The notes under the pieces: model-generated | What the model saw: only the letters and a program-made list of their open reading frames with translations | Told to the model about the DNA's origin: nothing | Databases searched by the model: none | Assembly: GCA_030390025.1 (NCBI GenBank) | Contig: CM059425.1 | Span: 164,426,001-164,490,000 of the forward strand | Reading direction: 5' to 3' | From: Squalus acanthias | Lineage: Eukaryota | DNA length: 64,000 nt | Shown: piece after piece, positions 11,301 to 26,300 of the stretch | Layout of the letters: the number at the start of each line of letters is the position of its first letter | Position numbering within the stretch: position 1 is the first letter of the stretch | Made by a program: the position numbers and the translations under genes

Positions 11301-14300
11301 GTATGATTTGGACAGGTTGGGTGATTGGGCCGAAGCATGGCAGATGCAATATAATGTGGATAAATGCGAGGTTTCCACTTTGGTGTCAAAAACAGGAAGG
11401 CAGATTATAATCTGAATGGCAATAGATTGGGAGAAGGGGAAGTGCAACGAGACCTGGGTGTCCTTGTGCACCAGCCGCTGAAGGTAAGCATGCAGGTGCA
11501 GCAGGCGGTTAAGAAGGCAAATGGTATGTTGGCCTTCATAGCGAGAGGATTCGAGTACAGGAGCAAGGATGTCTTGCTGCAGTTGTATAGGGCCTTGGTG
11601 AGACCACATCTTAAGTATTGTGTGCAGTTTTGGTCGCCTTATCTGAGGAAGGATGTTCTTGCCATGGAGGGAGTGCAGCGAAGATTCACCTGGCTGATAC
11701 CTGGGATGGTAGGAATGACGTATGAGGAGAGATTGGGTCGATTGGGCTTATACTCGCTGGAGTTTAGAAGAATGAGAGGGGATCTCATTGAAACTTATAA
11801 AATTCTAACAGGACTAGACAGACTAGATGCAGGAAGGATGTTCCCGATGGCCAGGGAGTCCAGAACCAGGGGTCACAGTCTAAGGATAAGGGGTAAGCCA
11901 TTTAGGACTGAGATGAGGAGGAATTTCTTCACCCAGAGAGTGGTGAACCTGTGGAATTCTCTACCACAGAAGGCAGTAAAGGCCAATTCATTAAATATAT
12001 TCAAGAGGGAGTTAGATATATTTCTTAAAGCTAAAGGGATCAAGGGATATGGGTAGAAGGCAGGGACAGGGTATTGAATTTGGATGATCAGCCATGATCT
12101 CATTGAATGGCGGAGCAGGCTCGAGGGGCTGAATGGCCTGCTCCTGCTCCTATCTTCTATATGTTTCAGCACAAAAATCTAGGCTGACACTCCAGTGCAG
12201 TATGAGGGAGTGCTGCACTGTCAGAGGTGCCGTCTGTTGGATAAGACGTTAAACTCTCTCAAGTGGACGTAAAAGATCCTGTGACACTATTTCGAAGAAG
12301 AGCAGGGGAGTTACCCCAGTGTCCTGGCCAATATTTATCCCTAAATCAACATCACTAAAACAGAAAGATTATTTGGTTATTATCACATTACTATTCGTGG
12401 GAGCTTGCTGTGCGCAAATTGGCTGCTGCGTTTCCTACCTTACAACAGTGACTACACTTCCAAAAAGTACTTCATTGGCTGTAAAGCGCTTTGGGACGTC
12501 CGGTGGGTGTGAGAGGCGCCATATAAATGAACGCTTTTCTTTCTACCTTGCTGCTTTACCAGCAGCTTTCAATTCTAAATAATGTTGATGCCTCGAAGAA
12601 AAACCTGATGAAGTTTGTTTCTTGCAACAGGGTAAAGGTAAACTGGCCTCTTCAGCCACTGTTCCAGGAGCAAAACCAAAGGTAACAGAGAAGGTAAAAC
12701 TCAAATATTTTTGTTGTTGAAGGAGCATTTGGTTCCCTGCAGTAAAATTCTTCAGGTCACCATTCCATAAATCAATGACATTTATGCCCTTATTATATTC
12801 AAGGCAGTGATGGAAGTTTGTTAAAGGATACCTCTTCACTTAGTGCCAGGGTTAGGATCAGCAGTGATACTCCAGTTATCGTCCAAGATTGGAGGACCCC
12901 ACACTCACACATTCTAAGATTTGGAAGAAACAAAAAATGGTGAGCGTGTGTGGCTTCCTACTTATTGTTGGGCAGCTGGATAAGAGAAACATAAAAGTAC
13001 TTGCAACATAAGGAATGTCAAAGCTTAGAAAAGGAAATTTGGCTCATCAAAAACTCATTCCCATCCCTTCTCCTACCCTCAGGGCATTTTCTGTGTGTTT
13101 CTTTAACTATCAGAATGAAAAAATATTTGAAAACATCGCAGGGTTAATATAGTTTTGCACAAGTTCCAGTTTCCAGATTTTGTAAATTTAATGGTTAAAC
13201 TCCGCTCCATTTAGACAAAATGGCATCTCATTATTTCTCTTTCGTACTGAGGTACTGACTTCTTTAATTGCACATTGGTTCTCTCTGTGATTTCCAATGT
13301 CAGCGGCGATGTTTTATGGAAATGTAAAGTACAGGTCTAACTAAACCCATCAGAAGGACGGAACTGTGTGAGATTATTCACCACTCTCTCTTGCATGTTC
13401 CAGAAGTGGGATTGACAGATGTCAGCTCCCATCCTTTCCATTGGATAACATGACATGTGAGAACCTAAAGGGAGGGAAGGAAAATTGTGCAGTTAAAGGC
13501 CATTTGCTACTAATGTAGTTCCTTCTGAATTAGTGCTTCAATATTGAGGATTTGAGGCCTTTGTATATGTGTTCTTGAAATATCTTTGAGATGGTTTAAC
13601 TACATTTATCGTATTGTTATTACAGAGTATGGCAGAAGGTGACATCCTGGATACTCTGTCAGCAGACTTTGTCAGCAGCTCTCCAGCTCAAATTTCAAAA
13701 TGCTCAGTTGAAACTTCTCGTGCTGCACCACCGCTCTCTATGCAGGAAGAGGTATGGCTCCTATCATAAACTGTTAGAGACTGAAGGTGGAGAGGGTTGG
13801 GAATTCTTCGGGCCTCGTCCTGCTTCTGGTGTTGCAATCTGATTGGTTAGAGATAATCACATGACCAGTCAGAGCACATGGTTTACAGAGAATAATAAGG
13901 AAAGAAAAAGGGTAGATTTTGAAACTGTGTTTAACAGTGTAAAACGGGTGGTAGTGAATCGCCAGCCCGCTTTACATCGTTCACTATTTTTGATTTCCTT
14001 TGACTTCAATGGAAATCAAAATCGGGAGAGGTGTTAAACAGGCTGCTAATTCACAACCAGCCATTTTACAGTATCGCACAAAGTCAAAATCTACCAAAGA
14101 CTCTACAATGCCAACCTCAGTCTTTTAGTTACAAAGATGCAATTTTTTTTAGTCGAAGCAGCAAAATATATTTTGTAAATTATGCTTTTTTTCTGTGGAT
14201 TTTTTACCCTCCAATCAGGACACACATTTCCTCAGGCCGATTTCACCCCATTTTCTCCTCATCGATATCTCTGAGGCCAGAAATTAATTGGGAACGGCCT

Positions 14301-17300
14301 CCTCCTAGATTCATACCACCAGCACTGTTAGTTCATCGGAGAGGGGCACAGCAGGGAGCCAGTGACGACACGCTTACTGTTCCTCTCACTTTGCTTGGTA
14401 CAAACCCGGCAGTTAAACAGAGATTGCACCCACGGGGCCACCTTCCAGTTCTGACCCTGGCGGAGATTATAGGGAGTTAGCTTGATTAGCATTGGACCAG
14501 CGATCTCCTTCAGCAGTACAGCTGGATCTCAGGCACCCACCTCCCCCGTGCTGCTGTAAACTGTTGTCTGCTAGCTGCCTTCACCCCAAATAATGGGGGC
14601 CAATAGATAAATTTGATAATGTTCTTTCCACCTCTTTGGAGGTCCTGTCCACTTCTCTACCCTGTATTGTTTTCCCCCAGCGGTGCCCAATCCTGTCTTC
14701 TGCAGGCCAGAACGCCTCCAGTTGGCAGTCTTAAAGCGGGCCATATATGTGCCGGGGAAGTGTGAACTCACAGCATGGGCACTCCTTGCTCCAGCCTTGC
14801 TCCGGCTGACATAACTCGCTTTTTTGGGAGTGGCCAACTGCTCCGTCCCTTATAAGGCAAAGTGGAAATTTTCATTCGTGGTCAGGACACGGCATATCCA
14901 AATCCATATAAAAAATATGCCATCATCACATATTTATGTTTTAGATGTTTTCAAGCTTTCCCTACTTTAGGTGATCAGGTACAGTGGCATCTTTGGTCTC
15001 AATGACAACAGATTGGTTGTAACTAGATTGTACTTGTGAAGACATCTAGCACTCATTCTAATCTCAAGTTGTGTGTAATGACTGTTGTCTTGCCAGCATC
15101 AGAATGGGATAATGATGCTCCTACTGCAATACGAAGCAAAATAAGTGAAGGAGAGATTCACAGCTCTTCACTTGAATTCACTGAAGCTATTTTTTCAGCT
15201 GAGGCATGAAGTAAAGTGTTGAGGCAGTGAGTTGGGAACAAGATTGGGACTAGAAGTGGACTGGGAATTTAAAATATCAAATTGCGACTTTTGGTCCTGC
15301 CAGAATATAAGGAATGTTAGCTAATTCCTTTACCACTGTCGCAAATGTATTTCCTATAAAAATAAGAGCTTGAGTTTGTTCTGCCCAAATGGAGAAGCCA
15401 ACATCAAAATCTGAGGCAATTGTGGGGTTTGCAGTTCTTTCAAATCAGGTCAGCAAACTATCTAAAAGCAAGTACTCAGTGTAAGGAGAGTTGAAAAATA
15501 TTCTAACTTTATAAGTTGTACTATAATTGCAACAGAAAACTCCAGCACTATGTGCTTGTAGAATAATAAAAATTGCTGTCCCGTTTAATCTTAATAAAGT
15601 TGTGTAAAAACAATGAAAGCAATTAGTAACTTTCATAGTCCGTGCTGTAAACCGCAGTGGTTTACAGATTGCAGTAAATCCCCTTCCCTTCAGATTAGTC
15701 AACTAGTTGACATCTTATTCCATTTAACAGAGTTCTGAAGGATATTGCTTGTGTGCTGGATCTCAAATTTAATTTAAGTTTACAACTGATATAATATCAC
15801 ATTTAAGATCTTCCAGTAAAGGTGGTAGAAATTGTTCTGGAAAAGTAGCCGAGGCCGAACAAGTGAAACTGAAATAATAATTGAAATGATCATTTCTATC
15901 TTACGAAGGTACCTGTGAAAGCTTCGACAGCTGCCTCAGTTTCTTCAAGTCAAAGTGATGCTAAGGTAAGTGGAAAAAAGAGTAAAATGTGAAATACATG
16001 GCAACTGACAATGACAGTAAAGGAACTGCACAAACAAACCGATTTAGGACACCTTCGCAGATCATTCATCAACTGTCTTTCAGATATCAAAACAGCAGTT
16101 CTGAACTCAATAACCCAACCTGTGTTTCCCATATTCCCAAAATTCATCCTTCAATTCAGCAAAATCATCTCATACTTTAGCCAAATCCAGGCTGCAGGAA
16201 TAATCCCATCACACCCTTCCAGAAGCAGACCAAACTCTCAACAATGCTTCCAGTCTTTTATTCCAAACATCTTCACAACTGTCTGATCTTTGCCTGCACC
16301 GTGCTTCCCCACATGTGTGAAAAACAAACTAATTCACAAAAACAGATTTTAAATTCACCAATCAGTGATTGTAGAAACTAAAGTCATAATTATCCCACTT
16401 CACACTCCCAGTGTCGAGGCTGCCCTCCAGGAGGAGGAAGTTGGGAAATTTCCGCTTCAGTGGAAGCAGCAGTTGCTTGGGTTGTTTCAGTAACATATTT
16501 CACCGCTGTCAGAATATGTTTCCGCTGAGGTTTGTCACAAATTGAAAAAATGTCTTTTATCTTTTTAAAGGGTAAAGATGCCATTGACCTGCTTTCAGAA
16601 ATGCTCCCATCAGAAGCACCAGACAATTCAGCTCCTAAATACACTGGTCCTGCTGTGAAGGTACAAATGAAAATTGTCTCCTAATACTTTCAGTCTTTGA
16701 ATAAGATTCCTGTTACTGCATCATATGTTGTTCGGTTTCTTGGTAGAGCTGATATACATCTGTACACATGAAATCAGTCTGTTGGTAACGCTGTCCTGTC
16801 CCCAGTCCAAACAACAACAACTTGCATTGATATAGTGCACTTAACGTAGTAAAATATCCCAAGGTGCTTCACAGGAGTGCTTTCAACAAAATTTGACACC
16901 GAGCCACATAAGGAGATATTAGGGCAAGTGACCAAAAGCCTGTTGAAAGAGGTAGATTTTAAGGAGCGTCTTTAAGGAGGTAGAGAGGCAGAGAGGCTGA
17001 GAGAAGGAATTCCAGAGCCTTCTCTGTCAACTGCTATAGGCTTTTACAGGCAGCTTTTTCAGTGTCTTGAATCATTTGATAAATGTTGAGTTGATTCACT
17101 TAACTCCAATTATCATTTTACTGAAGCACAGACTATGGACATTCAATCTTAATATTTATGTGAATTTTGGTTTTGAATAATTATGTTTCTCATATTTTCA
17201 GGAATCAGATGCTACTAAGAAGAAAGCTGAACGAGTGGGAGAAACTGAAGGATCTATCCCACCTGATTACAGATTTAAAGAGCAACCTGATCCGAAGGTT

Positions 17301-20300
17301 CGATCCAGCAATCACTTTGAGCCAAGTCAATAATTGTTTCAATAATTTTGTATTTTCAAAATGTATCCATGTATAGAACATCGAGGAAAAAATTCTACAA
17401 CAGTCTAATGTAAAAAACAAACACTTAGATAATGTTGTTGCAATAGTAGAAATGATGCTGATATCATAGGTCCTAATGAATCTGACAGAGAATTACAAGA
17501 TAGAAATTGCTGAGTAATTAAAACTGAAATCAGTGCACACCAATACCCTCCATTGATTAATCCTGCTACATAATAACTAAATGCCTTTGCAGTTCAACTT
17601 ATTGATCAACTGAGGTTCACGCAGACGTCATGCATCAATGCGCTCTAGAATGCTGAAGTATTTTGCCATATTTATGGCACAGTATCCGCCATGGTCAGTT
17701 GGTAGCTCCCTCGCCTCTGAATCAGACGGTTGTGGGTTCAGGCCGCACTCCAGGGACTTGAGCACAAAAATCTAGTCTGACACTCCAGTGCAGTATGAGG
17801 GAGTGCTGCACTGTCAGAGCTGCCATCTGTTGGATAAGACGTTAAACCAAGGCCCCGTCTGCTCTATCAGGTGGACGTAAAAGATCCTGTGACACAATTT
17901 CAAAGAAGAGCAGGGGAGTTATCCCCAGTGTCCTAGCCAATATTTATCCCTAAATCAACATCACTAAAACAAAAAGATTATCTGGTTATTATCACATTGC
18001 AGTTCGTGGGAGCTTGCTGTGCGCAAATTGGCTGCTGCGTTTCCTACATTACAACAGGGTCTACACTTCCAAAAAGTACTTCATTGGCTGTAAAGCGCTT
18101 TGGGACGTCCGGTGGGTGTGAGAGGCGCTATATAAATGAAAGCTTTTCTGTCTATCTTGCTGCTTTACCAGCTGCTTTCAATTCTAAATAATGTTGATGC
18201 CTCGAAGAAAAATCTGATGAAGTTTGTTTCTTGCAACAGGGTAAAGGTAAACTGGCCTCTTCAGCCACTGTTCCAGGAGCAAAACCAAAGGTAACAGAGA
18301 AGGTAAAACTCAAATATTTTTGTTGTTGAAGGAGCATTTGGTTCCCTGCAGTAAAACTCTTCAGGTCACCATTCCATAAATCAATGACATTTATGCCCTT
18401 ATTATATTCAAGGCAGTGATGGAAGTTTGTTAAAGGATACCTCTTCACTTAGTGCCAGGGTTAGGATCAGCAGTGATACTCCAGTTATTGTCCAAGATTG
18501 GAGGACCCCACACTCACACATTCTAAGGTTTGGAAGAAACAAAAAATGGTGAGCGTGTGTGGCTTCCTACTTATTGTTGGGCAGCAGGATAAGAGAAACA
18601 TTAAGGTACTTGCAACATAAGGAATGTCAGAGCTGAGAAAAGGAAATTTGGCTCATCAAAAACTCATTCCCATCCCTTCTCCTACCCTCAAAGCATTTTC
18701 TTTGTGTTTCTTTAACTATCAGAATGAAAAAAATATTTGAAAACATCGCAGGGTTAATATAGTTTTGCACAAGTTCCAGTTTCCAGATTTTGTAAATTTA
18801 ATGGTTAAACTCAGCTGCATTTAGACAAAATGGCCTCTCATTATTTCTCTTTCGTACAGATGTACTGAGGTACTGACTATTATTCTTTAATTGCACATTG
18901 GTTCTCTCTGTGATTTCCAATGTTAGCAGTGATGTTTTATGGAAATGTAAAGTACAGGTCTAACTAAACCCATCAGAAGGACGGAACTGTGTGAGATTAT
19001 TCACCACTCTCTCTTGCATGTTCCAGAAGTGGGATTGACAGACGTCACCTCCCCATCCTTTCCATTGGATAACATGACATGTGAGAACCTAAAGGGAGGG
19101 AAGGAAAATTGTGCAGTTAAAGGCCATTTGCTACTAATGTAGTTACTGCTGAATTAGTGCTTCAATATTGAGGATTTGAGGCCTTTGTATATGTGTTCTT
19201 GAAATATCTTTGAGATGGTTTAACTACATTTATCGTATTGTTATTACAGAGTATGGCAGAAGGTGACATCCTGGATACTCTGTCAGCAGACTTTGTCAGC
19301 AGCTCTCCAGCTCAAATTTCAAAATGCTCAGTTGAAACTTCTCGTGCTGCACCACCGCTCTCTATGCAGGAAGAGGTATGGCTCCTATCATAAACTGTTA
19401 GAGACTAAAATGAGAAGTCGCACAACACCAGGTTATAGTCCAACAGTTTTAGTTGAAATCACAAGCTTCCGGGGCGCTGCTCCTTCGTCAGGTAAAGTGA
19501 AGGAATACAAATCAGCAAAGCATTTATAGACAGAGAACAATGTGTAGCGTACAATGTCAGATGACTACAGTAAATCTTTCTGACTGCCCTCCATCACACC
19601 TCGGCAGAGATACAATCAGGCCAGTCAGGAAGGCATTACATCAAAGTCGCAGCAAAATACAGCTAAGACAATGAGGTGGGGTCACAGGGGGTCCAACGTG
19701 TCAAATGCTGCAGTCTGTATGGTTAAGCTTTTTACTTTTTTTTAAAACTGGAAATCACATCTGTGAACAAGCCAACAACGACTCGAATCTGGATGACTCT
19801 ACGTCATGTAGCGTGACAGAAAACCAAGATCCCGGATGAGGCCATCCTCATGGGTGCGGAACTTGGCTATCAGTTTCTGCTCGATGATTTTGCGTTGTCG
19901 TGTGTCTCGAAGGCAGCCTTGGAGAACGCTAATCCGCAGATCCGAGGCTGAATGTCCTTGACTGCTGAAGTGTTCCCCGACTGGGAGGTAACAATCCTGC
20001 CTGGCGATTGTTGCGCGGTTTCCGTTCATACGTTGTCGCAGTGTCTGCATGGTCTCGCTGATGTACCATGCTCCGGTGCATCCTTTCCTGCAACCTATGA
20101 GGTAGACAACGTTGGCCGAGTCACATGAGTATGTACCATGTACCTGGTGGGTAGTGTCCTCACGTGTGATGATGGTATCTGTGTTGATGATCTGGCATGT
20201 CTTGCAGAGGTTGCCGTGGCAGGGTTGTGTGGTGTCGTTGTCGCTGTTCTCCTGACAGCTGGGTAATTTGCTGCGAACGATGGTACTTTTGAGGTTAGGC

Positions 20301-23300
20301 GGCTGCTTGAAGGCGAGTAGTGGAGGCGTGGGGATGGCCTTAGCGAGGTGTTCGTCGTCATCGATGACATGTTGAAGGCTGCGAAGAACATGGCGTAGTT
20401 TCTCCGCTCCGGGGAAGTACTGGACGACGTAGGGTACTCTGTTGGTTGTGTCCCGTGTTCGCCTTCTGAGGAGGTCTATGCGATTTTTTGCTGTGGCCCG
20501 TCGGAACTGTCGATCGACGAGTCGAGCGTCATATCCCGTTCTTACGAGGGCGTCTTTCAGCGTCCGTAGGTGTCCATCGCGTTCCTCCTCATCTGAGCAG
20601 ATCCTGTGTATTCGCAGGGCTTGTCCATAGGGGATGGCTTCTTTAACGTGGTTAGGGTGGAAGCTGGAGAAGTGGAGCATCGTGAGGTTGTCCGTGGGCT
20701 TGCGGTAGAGTGAAGTGCTGAGGTGTCCGTCTTTGATGGAGATTTGTGAGTCCAAGAATGAAACTGATTCTGAGGAGTAGTCCATGGTGAGTTTGATGGT
20801 GGGATGGAACCTGTTGATGTTATCGTGTCGTCCTTTCAGTGATCCTTCGCCGTGGGTCCAAAGGAAGAAAATGTCGTCGATGTATCGGGTGTACAGCGTT
20901 GGTTGGAGGTCCTGTGCAGCGAAGAAGTCTTGCTCGAACTTGTGCATGAAGATGTTGGCGTATTGGGGTGCAAATTTGGTTAGAGACTGAAGGTGGAGAG
21001 GGTTGGGAATTCTTAGGGCCACTTCCTGCTTCTGGTTTTGCAATCTGATTGGTTAGAGATAATCACATGACCAATCAGAGCACATGGTTTACAGAGAATA
21101 ATAAGGAAAGAAAAAGGGTAGATTTTGAAACTGTGTTTGACAGTGTAAAACAGGTGGTAGTGAATCGGCAGCCTGCTTTACATCGTTCACTATCTTTTAT
21201 TTCCTTTGCCTTCAATGGAATCAAAATCGGGAGAGGTGTTAAACAGGCTGCTAATTCACAACCACCCATTTTACAGTATCGCACAAAGTCAAAATCTACC
21301 CAAAGGGCTGGATTTTGTCAATGGGGACGTGATGTAGGCGGGACTCCCACTTTTTGGGTTGTAGTCCCGCCTCCATCGACTTGTCGCCAACCCACTATAT
21401 TTTCCCTTGATTGACCTTGTTAAGCCCGCCCATACAGGTGACGTCAGCCATTGAAATTTCATTTGTCAAGAGCTTTTGACAGATGAAATTTCAGTGTTTG
21501 ACAGCTCTGTGAAGCTGTCAAACACTGACAATATGATTTCTAACGTGAGTCCCTGTACTTAGACTCAGTTAGAAATCAATCCAGCACAGAAAGCAGAGAC
21601 TGCAGCTTTTGACAGTTCCGCGGCCATTCTGCTTTCTGTGCCGGTGAGATTTCTGACGCCCGAGACCTGAAGGGCTGACACCTGCAGGAGGAAGTTAAGG
21701 TAAGTAAAACTTTTTTCCACACTTTACACTGACCTTACACACTTACCTCTGCACACATGCACCCATCACTCACCTGCCCACCGGACATATCGACCCCTCC
21801 AACCCCTGCAGACCCACGGTCCGCCTCGCTAAAACGGCGTGGTTTGGAGCCGTTGGGTAGCCCACACTTCAAGGCTAAAAATAGGGATTAGGCAACAATA
21901 TGCCTGTTAACTACCTGTTAACAGGCAGTTAATTGTCACTAATCCCCTTCCCGCCTCGGGGAGGCGGGTCCCAGCACAGGTCGGGTACCCGCCTCCAGCG
22001 AAACTGGCATGCAGGCGGGTTGGGGACGGGATGGGTTCGGGACCCCCGAATCTGCTATTTTAACGCCCCACACGCCTCCAAACCCGCCTCCACGGGCCGG
22101 TGAAAATTCTGCCCAAAGATTCTACAATGCCACCCTCAATCATTTAGTTATAAAGATGCAATTTCTTTTAGTAGAAGCAGCAAAATATATTTTGTAAATG
22201 ATGCTTTTTTTCTGTGGATTATTTACCCTACAATCAGGACACACATTTCCTCAGGCCGATTTCACCCCATTTTCTCCTCTTAGATATCTCTGAGGCCAGA
22301 AATTAATTGGGAACGGCCTCCTCCTAGATTCATACCACCAGCACTGTTAGTTCATCGGAGAGGGGCACAGCAGGGAGCCAATGACGACACGCTTACTGTT
22401 CCTCTCACTTTGCTTGGTACAAACCCGGCAGTTAAACAGAGATTGCACCCACGGGGCCACCTTCCAGTTCTGACCCTGGCGGAGATTATAGGGAGTTAGC
22501 TTGATTAGCATTGGACCAGCGATCACCTGCAGCAGTACAGCTGGATCTCAGGCACCCACCTCCCCCGTGCTGCTGTAAACTGTTGTCTGCCAGCTGCCTT
22601 CACCCCAAATAATGGGGGCCAATAGATAAAATTGAAAATGCTCTTTCCCCCTCTTTGGGGATCCTGTCCACTTCTCTACCCTGTATTGTTTTCGCCTAAT
22701 GGTGCCCAATGATGTCCTTCTGCAGGCCAGAATGACTCCAGTTGGCAGTCTTAAAGCAGGCCATATATGTGCCGGGGAAGTGTGAACTCACAGCATGGGC
22801 ACTCCTTGCTCCAGCCTTGCTCCGGCTGACATAACTCGCTTTTTTGGGAGTGGCCAACTGCTCCGTCCCTGATAAGGCAAAGTGGAAATTTTCATTCGAG
22901 GTCAGAACACGGCATATCCAAATCCATGTAAAAAATATGCCATAATCACGTATTTATGATTTAGATGTTTTCAAGCTTTCCCTACTTTAGGTGATCTGGT
23001 ACAGTGGCATCTTTGGTCTCAATGACAACAGATTGGTTGTAACTAGATTGTACTTGTGAAGACATCTACCTCTCATTCTAATCTCAAGTTGTGTGTAATG
23101 ACTGTTGTCTTGCCAGCATCAGAATGGGATAATGATGCTCCTACCGCAATACGAAGCAAAATAAGTGAAGGAGAGATTCACAGCTCTTCACTTGAATTTA
23201 CTGAAGCCATTTTTGCAGCTGAGGCATGAAGTAAAGTGTGGAGGCAGTGAGTTGGGAACAAGATTGGGACTGGAAGTGGAATGGGAATTTAAAATATCAA

Positions 23301-26300
23301 ATTGCGACTTTCGGACCTGCCAGAATATCAGGAATGTTAGCTAATTCCTTTACCACTGTCGCAAGTGTATTTCCTATAAAAATAAGAGCTTGAGTTTGTT
23401 CTGCCCAAATGGAGAAGCCAACATCAAAATCTGAGGCAATTGTGGGGTTTGCACTTTTTCCAAATCAGGTCAGCAAACTATCTAAAAGCAAGTATTCAGT
23501 GTAAGGAGAGTTGAAAAATATTCTGACTTTGTAAGTTGTACTATACTTGCAACAGAAAACTCCAGTACTATGTGCCTGTAGAATAATAAAAATTGCCGTC
23601 CAGTTTAATCTTAATAAAGTTGTGTAAAAACAATCAAAGCAATTAGTAACTTTCATAGTCCGTGCTGTAAACCGCAGTGGTTTACAGATTGCAGTAAATC
23701 CCCTTCCCTTCAGATTAGTCAACTAGTTGACATCTTATTCCATTTAACAAAGTTCTGAAGGATATTGCTTGTGTGCTGGATCTCAAATTTAATTTAAGTT
23801 TACAACTGATATAATCTCACTTTGAAGATCTTACAGTAAAGGTGGTAGAAATTGTTCTGGAAACCTGGTGTAGCCGTGGACGAACAAGTGAAACTGAAAT
23901 AATAATTGAAATGATCATTTCTATCTTACGAAGGTACCTGTGAAAGCTTCGACAGCTGCCTCAGTTTCTTCAAGCCAAAGTGATGCTAAGGTAAGTGAAA
24001 AAAGAGTAAAATGTGAAATACATGGCAACTGACAATGACAGTAAAGGAACTGCACAAACAAACCGATTTAGGACACCTTCGCAGATCATTCATCAAATGT
24101 CTTTCAGATATCAAAACAGAGCAGTTCTGAACTCAATAACCCAACCTGTGTTTCCCATATTCCCAAAAGTCATCCTTCAATTCAGCAAAATCATCTCATA
24201 CTTTAGCCAAATCCAGGCTGCAGGAATAATCCCATCACACCCTTCCAGAAGCAGACCAAACTCTCAACAATGCTTCCAGTCTTTTATTCCAAACATCTTC
24301 ACAACTGTCTGATCTTTGCCTGCACCGTGCTTCCCCACATGTGTGAAAAACAAACTAATTCACAAAAACAGATTTTAAATTCACCAATCAGTGATTGTAG
24401 AAACTAAAGTCATAATTATCCCACTTCACACTCCCAGTGTCGAGGCTGCCCTCCAGGAGGAGGAAGTTGGGAAATTTCCGCTTCAGTGGAAGCAGCAGTT
24501 GCTTGGGTTGTTTCAGTAACATATTTCACCGCTGTCAGAATATGTTTCCGCTGAGGTTTGTCACAAATTGAAAAAATGTCTTTTATCTTTTTAAAGGGTA
24601 AAGATGCCATTGACCTGCTTTCAGAAATGCTCCCATCAGAAGCACCAGACAATTCAGCTCCAAAATACACTGGTCCTGCTGTGAAGGTACAAATGAAAAT
24701 TGTCTCCTAATACTTTCAGTCTTTGAATAAGATTCCTGTTACTGCATCATATGTTGTTCGGTTTCTTGGTAGAGCTGATATACATCTGTACACATGAAAT
24801 CAGTCTGTTGGTAACGCTGTCCTGTCCCCAGTCCAAACAACAACAACTTGCATTGATATAGTGCACTTAACGTAGTAAAATATCCCAAGGTGCTTCACAG
24901 GAGTGTTTTCAACTAAATTTGACACCGAGCCACCAAAGGAGATATTAGGGCAGGTGACCAAAAGCCTGTTGAAAGAGGTAGATTTTAAGGAGCGTCTTTA
25001 AGGAGGTAAAGAGGCAGAGAGGCAGAGAGAAGGAATTCCAGAGCCTTCTCTGTCAACTGCTCTAGGCTTTTACAGGCAGCTTTTTCAGTGTCTTGAATCA
25101 TTTGATAAATGTTGATTTGATTCACTTAACTCCAATTATCATTTTACTGAAGCACAGATATGGACATTCAATCTTAATAGTTACGTGAATTTTGGTTTTG
25201 AATAATTATATTTCTCATATTTTCAGGAATCAGATGCTACTAAGAAGAAAGCTGAACGAGTGGGAGAAACTGAAGGATCTATCCCACCTGATTACAGATT
25301 TAAAGAGCAACCTGATCCGAAGGTTCGATCCAACAATCACTTTGAGCCAAGTCAATAATTGTATCAATAATTTTGTATTTTCAAAATGTATCCATGTATA
25401 GAACATCGAGAAAGAATTCTACAACAGTCTAATGTAAAAAACAAACACTTAGATAATGTTGTTGCAATCGTAGAAATGATGCTGATATCATAGGTCATAA
25501 TGAATCTGACAGAGAATTACAAGATAGAAATTGCTGAATAATTAAAACTGAAATCAGTGCACACCAATACCCTCCATTGATTAATCCTGCTACATAATAA
25601 CTAAATGCCTTTTCAGTTCAACTTATTGATCAACTGAGGTTCACACAGACGTCATGCATCAATGCGCTCTAGAATGCTGAAGTATTTTTACCATATTTAT
25701 GTCACAGTGCTCGCCATGGTCAGTTGGTAGCTCCCTCGCCTCTGAATCAGACGGTTGTGGGTTCATGTCGCACTCCAGTGACTTGAGCACAAAAATCTAG
25801 GCTGACACTCCAGTGCAGTATGAGGGAGTGCTGCACTGTCAGAGCTGCCATCTGTTGGATAAGACGTTAAACCAAGGCCCCGTCTGCTCTATCGGGTGGA
25901 CGAAAAAGATCCTGTGACACTATTTCAAAGAAGAGCAGGGGAGTTATCCCCAGGGTCCTAGCCAATATTTATCCCTAAATCAACATCACTAAAACAAAAA
26001 GATTATCTGGCTATTATCACATTGCAGCTCGTGGGAGCTTGCTGTGCGCAAATTGGCTGCTGCGTTTTCTACATTACAACAGTGACTACACTTCCAAAAA
26101 GTACTTCATTGGCTGTAAAGCGCTTTGGGACGTCCGGTGGGTGTGAGAGGCGCTATATAAATGAAAGCTTTTCTTTCTAACTTGCTGCTTTACCAGCTGC
26201 TTTCAATTCTAAATAATGTTGATGCCTTGAAGAAAAATCTGATGAAGTTTGTTTCTTGCAACAGGGTAAAGGTAAACTGGCCTCTTCATCCACTGTTCCA

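Noticed and set aside
12543..12839. 98-aa antisense ORF MKRYPLTNF kept in six units
   Set aside because: Explained by recent duplication; stops in the divergent unit (~58760); non-ATG start; no recognisable motif
17688..17760. tRNA gene
   Set aside because: Degenerate tRNA-derived SINE head followed by the Deu core
19460..19494. Functional hammerheads at 19460-19494 and 1605-1641
   Set aside because: Core GAAA mutated in the first; stem II and palindrome disrupted in the second
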